In this document: positions 10,825 through 20,000 of the stretch, piece after piece
How the letters are laid out: each line of letters opens with the position of its first letter
Numbering within the stretch: position 1 is the first letter of the stretch
From: Mitosporidium daphniae
Taxonomy: Eukaryota
DNA length: 20,000 bases
Direction of reading: 5' to 3'
Assembly: GCF_000760515.2 (NCBI RefSeq)
Contig: NW_013546689.1
Coordinates: 51,668 to 71,667, forward strand
Notes under the pieces: generated by a model
Told to the model about the DNA's origin: nothing
Seen by the model: only the letters and a program-made list of their open reading frames with translations
Databases searched by the model: none
Translations under genes and position numbers: made by a program

Positions 10825-10966
10825 GAATGATGACAGGTGACGATGGACAGATTGTCATTTGATAAAGTTTATGGCATCATTCTTAGTAATTGAATTTAAT
10901 GTCGCATGTCTTGTGACGGCAGACTCTATCACAGAGTAGAGCTGTCAAGCAGAGCGAGACATGCGA
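10825..10966 (+). ncRNA. Two-hairpin structured element in the divergent GT4/MO25 spacer (unknown class)
   Basis: GAATGATG 10825-10832 pairs with CATCATTC 10875-10882 and encloses GTGACGAT/ATTGTCAT. TCGCATGTCTTG 10902-10913 pairs with CGAGACATGCGA 10955-10966, TGACGGC with GCTGTCA, and ACTCT with AGAGT. G-U wobbles favour the + strand. Confidence 0.35.
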
Positions 10967-11143
10967 GCAATATATATACACGTACGACGGCGATGAAATA
11001 AAAATTTGTCTGCAACCTCGATTTGGATGGCCGGCGTATATTTGAATTCTTTATTTTGGAATGTCGGCTTTTTTTTTAAGTTGAATCAAAGCCTATCGGC
11101 TCCAAACCCTATTTGTCTTCCTTCAAACACTCCCGCCGCCGGA

Positions 11144-12491
11144 ATGTCCTTTTTATATGGATCGTCCTTTTCTTCATCGTCTAGTAAATCTCCGCTTTCC
11201 CCAATCAAATTCAAATCGCCAATTGATCTGATAAATCAAATATGCGAGGCAATTAAGGCAACTCAGCTCACCGTACATTGTGGTACATTTTATTGTTTGT
11301 AGGATGACGTTACGCTTCAGCGATGTGTATTAACGCTAAAAATCCACATTTGCGACGAATCTACACAGCTTCCAGATGAAGGGGCAATGCTTCCCCTCAT
11401 ATATCAGGAGTTTATTGAGAGAGACTTGTTTTTTTCCATTATCACAGCATTACCGCGCTTGTGTTTTGAGGTACGAAAAGATGCATTCCAGCTTCTGGTG
11501 ACGCTTCTCAGGTTTGAAGGAAACTCTTCAGCAGGTGGAAACACGCCACTGGCCATGCACCTGAGTCAGGCTACCCCGAACATTCTCGAGGATCTATTAT
11601 TGGGGTAACCCATGATGTTGCCCAACTATCACTTTAGGTATTTGATGCCCCCAGAATCTGCGTTGTTCAAGGGGATGCTTTTAAGGGAATCTCTAAAGCA
11701 GGAGTGCTTGGCACTCAAGTTTCTCAACTCAAACTTGTCTACATACAAATGCCCCCAGGAGGCTCTTGGATTGCCCGTTTCAGATGATTCGGAGGCAGAG
11801 CCGTCTGTTTATTCTTTGTTAGACATGTTGCTGGAGTTTGTCCAGGCACCGAATTATGACATTGCTTCGGATTCATTTGCGTCTCTGAAAGAAATATTGA
11901 CCCGTCATAAAGACATGGTTGCCGAGTTCCTGGAGACCAACTACGAAAAGGTACCGGTCCTTCTTTATGTGAAGATTTTTACAAAACTGCACGCTATCAT
12001 CATGACCGCCAACTATCTTACTAAGCGGCAAGTGTTAAAGGTACGTCTTTGAAATGACGATCTCCTAGCTTGTTGGGGAGCTTTTATTGGACCGTTCAAA
12101 TTATGAAGTGATGTCCATGTATATTACCTCATCTGCCCACATGAAGCTATTGATGACTCTTCTGCGGGACAAGTCCCATAACATTCAGTACGAGTCTTTT
12201 CAAGTGTTTAAGGTAAGCATTTTAGATGGTACCTGTTTTAGCTTTTTCTGGCCAATCCATCCAAACCAAAGCAAATTGTAGACATCATTTCCAATAATAA
12301 AGAAAAGTTGTTGGCGTTTTTAAAGGGATTTGAGATGGATTTCAGCGGTCCAGGTAGCGATGGGCGTTGTATTATCATTAGACTTGGACCAGTTCCTAGA
12401 TGAAAGAAAGTACTTGATAGAGCAAGTGGAAGCGATTCCATCGAAAAAACCCACCCAACAGCCCCTCACCGCCACTGCAGCAGGTGATTAG
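11144..12491 (+). CDS. HYM1: MO25/Hym1/CAB39 kinase scaffold. Introns 11273-11302, 11605-11637, 11951-11974, 12041-12068, 12213-12241, 12354-12381
   Basis: The spliced product has LPRLCFEVRKD, NYDIASDSFASLKEILTRHK, NYLTKRQVLK|LVGELLLDRSNYEVM, LLRDKSHNIQYESFQVFK|LFLANP and DQFLDERKYLIEQV, all MO25 motifs. Confidence 0.95.
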
Positions 12492-12540
12492 CAGCTTTAA
12501 CTGGAAATTTGCAATAAAATAATCGAACATGGCGTTTGTT

Positions 12541-13555
12541 TTAATTTTGGATTGCAATCGAACAAGCGACGAGCTCCTTCGCAACGGAAAGCGATTTTGC
12601 GCCCGCAAGAAAGCCTGTTGCATGGACGAAAACTCCGCCATCAATTCCGGTGATCGAATTTAGTTCTTGGTCGCGCAAACCTCTCCATGGCTCTGGAAAT
12701 GGAAGCCGGCTTTCAAAGGATCCAGGCGTTTTGGGGATACATTGCGCCATCCACATGCCGCTATTTTCTTTCTCATACAATACATAAAGGAGCGGAGATG
12801 CACCGTGAAACTTTTCTTGTTCGATTGTAAATATATGATCCTTCCAGGAGCATGGCTCTTTTAAAATTACCAGGGGTCCTTCGTGAGCCGCAATCGATTC
12901 GGTCATAATGGACTTTGCTGGAAGCCAATTGAACACTAAATCCTGAAGAACATCCAAAAACAGGCTTTTACACAAATCCATGGCTTTTCTAAACTGCGCA
13001 TCCTCGTGATTAGAACTTTTCAGAGATTCCCCTCTTATAAAATTAAGGCGCGAGACTTGGCTGAAAATGCTAGAGGTCCCAACCACAAATTTAGGTGTCT
13101 CAACGGTAGCGTTGATGCCGTTGTCGACAGCATCAAATTCTTCAACGAGGACCTCATACATCTTTATAAACAACGAAGAAACGTCGTCTCCAGAAAGATG
13201 GGGATATTGCTGGCCGATGATTTTGCTTCCAAAATGCTTATAAACCAAGCCTGCAGAGCTTAATCGCGTGGCAGTCTGAATGGGAGATGCCGGCAGGTCT
13301 TTGCATTCAGTTGAAAAGGTATCTATGAAGGAGCGTTGGTGGTGATCGTAGCGATGCCTTGATGGCTCATATTCGCCACCAACATCAACAACCACCGCAC
13401 ACTGTTGGATAATTTCGGGGTCGCGAGTACGGATGATTTCTACGAATAAAAAGAGTGGTTCAACCAGCTGTTGAAAACTCGGGAAGCATTTTCAGCAGAA
13501 CGCATGCTAAAGCTTCATCTGAATGAAACCGGCCGTTGTGGGTGCAAATTTTCAT
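12541..13555 (-). CDS. MYG1: MYG1 exonuclease (UPF0160, DHH-like). Exons 13555-13465 and 13439-12541
   Basis: MKICTHNGRFHSDEALAC...IIRTRDP...VVDVGGEYEPSRHRYDHHQR, LSSAGLVYKHFG, DAVDNG, PEPWRGLRD, FVHATGF. One 25-nt intron at 13440-13464. Confidence 0.96.
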
Positions 13556-13670
13556 GTAACAAACCGTCTGAATGCAAAATTATTTGATGTGCAAGGGCAT
13601 TTGGCCCAAAGTTTGTCGTTTAAATAGCAATTTGGGCATTTTATTCAATTAGGACAGGCAAATATTCAAA

Positions 13671-14369
13671 ATGGACCAAATTGGCATTTCTGATTCCCAT
13701 TGTGATGCGTTGGTGTCACAGCCCGAACAGGACGAACTGCCAGCACAGACACATTCACTTTTGGAAGCTCTGGAAAATGCACTGTTTAATGAAAGGTCAT
13801 CTCCCCTCATTTTGCCGCCCTTTACCCCATTGTTGGAGGAAATCAAAGAGGCAATCGAGTTCCAAGAAAGATCTTTCGAAAGTGTCGAGAATTTCTCTTC
13901 AAACATTGAGGCATACATGAATACTATAAAACTGATGGATTTGGAACGAGTCAAGTACCTTTCCCGCTCTTATATTGAAATCCGGATAGCAAAACTAAAC
14001 GTCCAGCTGTATAATATTACACCCTCAAAATCAGAATCGTGTCTAATGCCCCACGAGAAGATCCATCTGGAAAACATTCGTAAATCTACAGACAAATTTC
14101 TGATCGAAAAGCTGTATAGCCACTTTCCTGAGCCAATCAAGAAAAGGCTGATCTCTGATGATTGTCAAGTTATTGATAATGGGCTGGTATCAGGTTCAAT
14201 GCCCCAAATTAACGGCCACGTTACGTGTTTGATATTAGAAGACATTGGTGAGTATATGATCGATCCTATTTTGATGCTGTCTGTATCGTGTAAAAAAGGA
14301 GACATTTTCAGGATGCCATTTAAATCTGCTCTGCAATTGGTTCTAAAAAGTAGCGCTAGATTAATATAA
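13671..14369 (+). CDS. SLD5: GINS complex subunit Sld5 (GINS4), 232 aa
   Basis: LENALFNERSSPLILP and MDLERVKYLSRSYIEIRIAKL match Sld5; the C-terminal KKGDIFRMPFKSALQLVLKSSARLI matches the B-domain end. Confidence 0.9.
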   Translation: MDQIGISDSHCDALVSQPEQDELPAQTHSLLEALENALFNERSSPLILPPFTPLLEEIKEAIEFQERSFESVENFSSNIEAYMNTIKLMDLERVKYLSRSYIEIRIAKLNVQLYNITPSKSESCLMPHEKIHLENIRKSTDKFLIEKLYSHFPEPIKKRLISDDCQVIDNGLVSGSMPQINGHVTCLILEDIGEYMIDPILMLSVSCKKGDIFRMPFKSALQLVLKSSARLI

Positions 14370-14375
14370 ATATTT

Positions 14376-14380
14376 AAAAA
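14376..14380 (-). terminator. Pol III oligo-T terminator of tRNA-Lys
   Basis: TTTTT lies 2 nt after the discriminator base on the minus strand. Confidence 0.8.
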
Positions 14381-14382
14381 GT

Positions 14383-14455
14383 CGCCCGGAGAGGGGCTCG
14401 AACCCTCGGCCTTAAGGTTAAAAGCCTCACGCTCTACCGACTGAGCTATCCGGGC
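14383..14455 (-). tRNA. tRNA-Lys: tRNA-Lys (anticodon UUU), 73 nt, no intron
   Basis: Reverse complement GCCCGGATAGCTCAGTCGGTAGAGCGTGAGGCTTTTAACCTTAAGGCCGAGGGTTCGAGCCCCTCTCCGGGCG folds as a cloverleaf with A and B boxes; CCA is not encoded. Confidence 0.97.
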
Positions 14456-14555
14456 TGATCAAGACCAAGTTAACAAATTACTAAAAATTATAAAAAATAC
14501 AGGAGATAAAAGGACCAATTTTCCAACTACGGATTGCTGTTGCATGAAATTGGTT

Positions 14556-15402
14556 TTATTTTTCAAGGCGATTGAGTCTAGAAGTTAGTTGGTGCTTTGA
14601 ATTGTCATATAAAGTCGAAAAATTCTTCAACAAGGCAGCCTTTTCTGATTTTCTCTGCTGGGCCAATTTCACGCGAGAAAACTTGAGAGTCCGCCTCCAT
14701 TGTTGTTCAGTTCCGTTGAATGGACACAAATTTGCCCCATGCCATGGGTCCCATAAGTTTCTAATTGCCGGGGCATGGCTATTAACTCCAATGTGGAATT
14801 TTTTAGGTTCCAGTCCGGATCCATTTCTCAAATCCATTAGGGCCTCATGAATTTGGTGTATGTTTTTCTTTTTAAAAGAAATTACCTCCACTCGACCAGT
14901 GTCTACGGGATTAGAAGATATTGAAATACTATATGTTGCAATTGCCTGTGGCACTTTGGAGAACCGCGGTCGAATTAAAAATTCAACAGAAGGATGCTCC
15001 TTTGCATAATTTACCATATGCTCCGATAGATATTCCCTAATGGAAAGCAAAAAAGAGCAGCTACCTCAAAGCATCAGAATCCTTGTTATGTGAGCAGTAA
15101 TTAACCTCAAGCTTAACTAGCGGCAGTATAAAGGGTTCGATGTGCGTAGGAAGGGGAATAATATTTGACTCATTGCCATCCAAGAAAAGCTGCCGCCTTT
15201 TGGGGTAGTTCTTTTGGGCTTTCCTCAATATTTTTGTGGGAACAGCCCAACATTTATCAACCGAGCGATTTTTTTTAATTTGATAATTAGCTTCGGGCAT
15301 TGGTTTGTCTTTGATCACCGTTTGTAATGTCATGCTGCTCTTTGAGCGTAAACACTGAACAGACATTGGGAACGGTCTAAGCAGACTGCACATCGGATAC
15401 AT
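14556..15402 (-). CDS. MRPL51: Mitochondrial ribosomal protein mL43 (yeast Mrpl51), ~263 aa. Introns 15037-15064 and 14903-14929
   Basis: FILPLVKLEVNYCSHNKDSDALR|EYL...YAKEHPSVEFLIRPRFSKVPQAIATY|NTGRVEVISF...LRNGSG matches the L51_S25_CI-B8 fold of mL43. The start may be 15402 or 15393. Confidence 0.85.
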
Positions 15403-15452
15403 AAATAAATTAATTTGCAAAATAAGTTACATTTTATTAATTTGCACCCTAG

Positions 15453-16811
15453 ATGCTAGCTGAGGGACAAAAGCCTTCTTTGTTCCCCTCTACGTTTTCA
15501 AAGGGTCAAAAGGAAAATGAGATTCTAGATGTCTCGCTCAAAGGAAATTCGGAGAATGTACTTTCCAAGATATCCCAAATTGCCTCCATGATCGGCAGAA
15601 AGAACACCACTGTGGTGGCAGTCACTGGGGCAGGTATTTCTGTGAATGCCGGAATTCCTGTAATTTATGCTTCTTATGGTTAGGATTTCAGATCTCACAA
15701 TGATGGGCTTTACAAAATGGTTGAAAAGAGATTTCCAGGAATCCTGTCCAAGGGACAACATTTGTTTGATGCATCTATTCTTTCATCATCGGACGAAAGA
15801 GTCGCCAAGTCATACTTTACGTTTCTTGGCATGCTCAAAAGACTGAGCGATCTTGCTTCGCCTACGACCACCCACTCCTTTTTTTCTTTTTTGAGTTCCT
15901 CAAAAAAGTTACTAAGGATTTATACCCAAAATATTGATGGATTGGAGAGAAAGGTAACATTGCCTGCTGAAAAGATCGTCTATTTACATGGCAGCTTAGA
16001 GTATCTTTGCTGTACCATATGTGCATATAGACAAACATTTTCAAACGACAACTATGTCAAGTACGAAAGTGATGGAATTCCTTACAAATGTCCCTCATGT
16101 CTGGATCGTGTAAACGCTAGGATAGTATCTGGAAAACGGTCACTTCCGGTTGGAGTGCTTACACCTCCGATTCTTTTATATAACCATGTAAATTCATCCA
16201 AAAACACCGTTCCCAATCTTGAAGTCAAACAGGGCGACGTGGTTGCCTCTGCATTGTTCGAAGATGAATCCGTTCTTAGAAGGAAAAAAGAGATAATTCT
16301 GTTCGTTGTCGGAACATCATGCAAAGTTATTGGGGTGAAAAAATTGATAAAGCGAATGGCTCCATTGTCGTGCATGACTGTTTTCATCAACAAAACCCCA
16401 CTGCCTCAAAAAGAATGGAATTCTGTTTTCAACGTGCAGCTGATTGGCGATTGTGACGCCATTTTTGAAAAGATTTGGAAATCAGTACAAGGTCCATCAA
16501 GTATCACAACATACTTTCGCTCAACAATCGCCACCATGGAGGCCGCCAAGCCGGAAAAAAGCCATGTGGAGAATTCTTCCAATTGTGTAAATATCAAAGC
16601 CACATCATCTCCTGTGAAAAAAACTCTAGATTTTTATTTTGAAAAAAGCCCCGTCAGGGTGGTTAGAAAATTCTCCGAACTGCCAATCACGCCACCTGCA
16701 CTGATTTCCAAATCTTGCCATAGATTATCTATTTCTCCATGTAAAAGCCCCACAACAAACCCAGCGCTTCCGTTTAAATGTACAAAGCATTCACCGAAAT
16801 TGGAAAAATGA
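15453..16811 (+). CDS. HST3/HST4: NAD-dependent sirtuin deacetylase, Hst3/Hst4 subclass. Intron 15660-15683
   Basis: TGAGISVNAGIP|DFRS, LFDAS, SPTTTH, LLRIYTQNIDGLE, LHG, two CxxC, R..SGKR...G.L.P.I.LY and GTS.KV.G.K are typical of class Ic sirtuins. Confidence 0.93.
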
Positions 16812-16859
16812 AAGCTTAGCAACAATAAAATTTGGATCGATTCTATTTATTGCAAGATC

Positions 16860-17553
16860 CTAGTAATATGTTGAATGGACGGCAGAGTAATCGAGAGGAT
16901 CTTTGAGGATACATTCCGTCTCTTTCTCAGGCTCGCTGCCAAAGCCCGGTAGCGCCATGGACTCGATCTCATAAGAAGACGAATTGATAGATCGATGCGA
17001 AACCTCAATGCTCTTGAGAATCTTTCTAATGATCGAGATTTTTACATTTATATTTTCAACCTACACGATATTGAATGGCAGTGATACGGATTGCTGCAAG
17101 ACCTTAATTTTTGAATGAAGGTCATCGGTCTCTGTTACTTTATCAAACGAATCCTAGCGATGGGCGAAAAAGTGCTACCTTTGCAAACTGATTTTTAACA
17201 GAGACAACTTCACCTAGAAATTAAGTCAAACAAAAACCCTCAATATTTGACAAGCGTTCTTGAAGATCTTTGATGACAATTATGGCACATATTTGGTGAT
17301 TTATCCACGAAACAGCTTGAATTGAAAGCCGCTGTGACACCACGGAGAACAGTGCCATCAAGTTTTCAACCAAGCTATGATGGGATGAATAAAATTCCTG
17401 TTTTGAATGATATGAGAACCCTGCATTAGCAACGCAAAACTTACTAACAAACTCGATAACCTTAGACAATATACACAGCCATTGGATGCACAGGTAAATG
17501 GCGATCGAGTAAAAATATAGAATTGTCCTAATTGCACTTTGTAAGAAATTCAT
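16860..17553 (-). CDS. Hypothetical protein (~205 aa), hydrophobic N-terminus and coiled-coil-like middle. Exons 17553-17238, 17213-17179, 17153-17088, 17060-16860
   Basis: Three GT-AG introns of typical size (24, 25, 27 nt) restore one frame ending ...DYSAVHSTYY*. An AATAAA follows on the minus strand. No family recognised. Confidence 0.7.
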
Positions 17554-17619
17554 CAAAATTTTGAAAAATGTTTAAATGTATTTTGTGGCATATAAAAGTT
17601 TGTAAATTTCAAATTGAGA

Positions 17620-17709
17620 ACGCGATTTTAATCCCAACGCGTTTGAAAATTATTGGGACGCGTTCCAAAACCATGGGGAGGTGTTCCAGAATTATTGGCA
17701 CGCGTTTGG
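17620..17709. promoter_or_regulatory. Cluster of MCB-like boxes (ACGCGT x3, ACGCGA x1) within a degenerate 21-nt tandem repeat
   Basis: ACGCGT occurs at 17637, 17658 and 17700, and ACGCGA at 17620. Repeat units are 17647-17667, 17668-17688 and 17689-17709. Confidence 0.55.
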
Positions 17710-18037
17710 GTGTGCTTTTCACTGGATTTACCCATGTCGGCATGCGTGGTAAGTCGCTTGTTGGGATGCGGATGTTTTGGCATCAAATTGAAACGCATCA
17801 GAATGGCGAAGGGGAACTTTTTTTGATCAATTCCAATAAATCACGGGGTAGATTGTCAACTAACCCAACAGATCTCAATTTGATAGTCCCTTTGCCGCTG
17901 TTTCGCTTTAACCCTGGCCTTATATGATGAGTCATATTGTAAAATACTATTTAGCATCTGACAGGGATATTTAGGAATAGATTTGCAATAGAATAGAATA
18001 TCTATATCCAAGAGTCCGGATATCTCAACTATAAAGG

Positions 18038-20000
18038 ATGCATATTCTTGTGAATCTTTGCCTGCTCACATTCTGGCTAATACTGCGGTCGTTTTGCTGC
18101 TCCTTAAAGGATCAAACCAGGGAAAATATTTATTTCTACATAGATGCGTCAATCGGATCGCAAGTAAGAAAGTCCTATTCACCGTCTATCGCATCATCGT
18201 TTGAAGATCAATTTTATGCATCTTTTCAGTGCTCAATCGAGTTTGTTAACTCAGACGACAACATACTGCCGCATTATCAAATTTTGCCTTTATCAAAACG
18301 CTCACATGACCTTGAAGTTCCCAAGAATAACTCCGCAATCTGTTGTTTTTATAATTATCCGGTTCCAAAAAGCATCGATTCTTGCGCTTGTATTTCTCTC
18401 ACGTCGCAATCAAGCTACAAGATGCCGATGCCATATGAGTCGCATTATTTTTACTTTTTGCCGGATGAAGATCATATGGCATATTCATTGCTTAAATTTT
18501 TTGAAAATCGAAATTGGTCTTTAATTTCAATAATTTATTCAAATTCAAGAATTGGTGTTTTGGGGAAGCTTTCTTTTACCCTTGCACTGAAGAAAATACT
18601 GCAAGAAAAGTACACGGGGCAATTTTCAAACTCTGCTCTTCTATCTGTGGCATGTGAGACGGTTCTCATCGAGGGCTCCATGGAGGACGAACTTTCAAAG
18701 GCCATGGCGTGCATCAAGTCCTATTCAATCTCAATTGTAATTCTGGTGATGGAATACGGTGATTGCGTAAAGTCCATCAATGTGCTTTCAAAGGAATTTG
18801 ACGACAAAATCTCGATTTTTATTTTTCCTTCAACCTCAATACTTGAGCAAATCAAGCTCACAGAAAACAACTCTCCTCTCGAGTTNCCTGCAAAGCGTAA
18901 GGATAACTTTGTTTCATTGTGTAGAGACGTTTTTATTTTTGCCCACAGTATCTGAATTTCCTGAAAAGGCTAAAAATTGCATTCTTGAAAAGCTAAATTT
19001 ACAAAGACCACCTTCGGACCCAGATTCGACCCCAAACGGTGCCATCAGCAGTGTCATGGTCAATTCAGATGCTGGGGTTTTTTCTTCCTATTATAAAAAA
19101 ACAACCGATCTTCATTCGTACAAGGTGGGAACGTCAAGTGACAATGAGATTTTTTGGGTAATTCCATTTATCTTTGATTCTGTTGCTTTTGCAACGCTTG
19201 CAATCGATAAGATGACAAGGATGGGGCATAGCAATTTCGAAATGCTTGACACTTTTTTGTCTAACATTTCCTTTTACGGGTTTACAGGAAAAATCGAATT
19301 CCAAAACTACCGTCGCATTGGCGGAGACCTATCGCTATACAATGTTGAAATACACAATGGCCAAGTGTACAAAATATCGCTTATTGACGACTTTTCATCT
19401 TTTTCAAACATCAAATCTAGTGGGCTTCTTCCAGAAGAAGTTTCGCTATCCTCAATCATTGGAGTCTGTTTCATGATTATCTTCAGCATCATCTTTTTCG
19501 TCTCAATCGCAACGATTATTTATTTATTCTATTGGAAAAGTTCTCCCATTCTCCAAGCCAGTTCTTATCTTTGGCATTTCCTTTTGTTGCTTAGCTTTAT
19601 TTTATACTCTATCGGCTGTCTGATTTGGGAACTTCCAAAGTCAAGCCATACTTGTACGTTGAAGGTCTGTTTGATCGTTTTTGCCTTTTTCCTTTTGTTT
19701 GCATGCTTGGCCTACAAGTGTTTGACTTTTTTTACAATCAAGCATGGAATTTATAGCAAATTCACAAATTTCTTAATCCTGGTGATACTGGTGTTCTTTT
19801 TCTTTATAAATCTTTTATTGTTTTATGTTGGGATGCTCGTCGAAGGCGGTGGTCATTTATCTGCTGTAATCATGCAGTCAACCTATGATCCGTATTACTT
19901 TTTTTATGCATGTGTCTATGTTAGACCATCATTATCTGGAGATGCTCAATATAAAGTGACGCCAGGCAACATACCCTGTTATAACAATCCCAACATAAAA
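18038..20000 (+). CDS. Class C GPCR (GABA-B/mGluR-like): signal peptide, Venus-flytrap domain, 7TM (partial, runs off the window). Intron 18897-18924
   Basis: Flytrap motifs: SIEFVNSDDNILPHYQI, LPDEDHMAYSLLKFFENRNWSLISIIYS, FIFDSVAFATLAID, ISFYGFTGKIEFQNYRRIG. Then TM1, YWKSSPILQASS, TM2, CTLKVCLIVFAFFLLFACLAYK (TM3), TM4 and an extracellular-loop Cys. The frame stays open to 20000 after the 28-nt intron. Confidence 0.85.

Noticed and set aside
10827..10864. SECIS element or C/D snoRNA
   Set aside because: No apical AA, no canonical CUGA box, and not in the 3'UTR of a UGA-containing gene.
17568..17927. 119-aa + strand ORF with 7-aa repeats
   Set aside because: It fills a divergent promoter region, resembles no family, and its repeat is explained by the 21-nt DNA repeat. 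It cannot be fully excluded.
18881..18955. N at 18886 and stop at 18955 as GPCR pseudogenisation
   Set aside because: The 28-nt GT-AG intron 18897-18924 restores the frame and the N is a third codon position.

Overview
This window is gene-dense eukaryotic (fungal-related) DNA, not prokaryotic. Splicing tiny GT-AG introns (25 of the 26 inferred coding introns are 24-37 nt) joins the fragmented ORFs into 11 protein genes. In order: Hrd3/SEL1L (partial), Nic96/Nup93 with an FG-rich N-terminus, NF-YC/Hap5, a ~1450-aa membrane-anchored double GT4 glycosyltransferase with bacterial-type modules, MO25/Hym1, MYG1, Sld5, mitochondrial ribosomal mL43, an Hst3/Hst4 sirtuin, an orphan, and a class C (GABA-B-like) GPCR (partial). 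There is also one tRNA-Lys(UUU). Spacers of 50-190 nt, tiny introns, CCC-type upstream motifs and a mitoribosomal protein point to an early-branching Rozellomycota/microsporidian relative that kept its mitochondrion (Mitosporidium-like; inference). Three spacers are unusually long and patterned. 4665-4994 is highly structured and contains AACCCTAA (candidate telomerase RNA directly behind the NIC96 stop). 10825-10966 is a two-hairpin RNA candidate. 17620-17709 is a phased cluster of ACGCGT boxes. All family calls come from manual motif recognition; no searches or folding programs were run.
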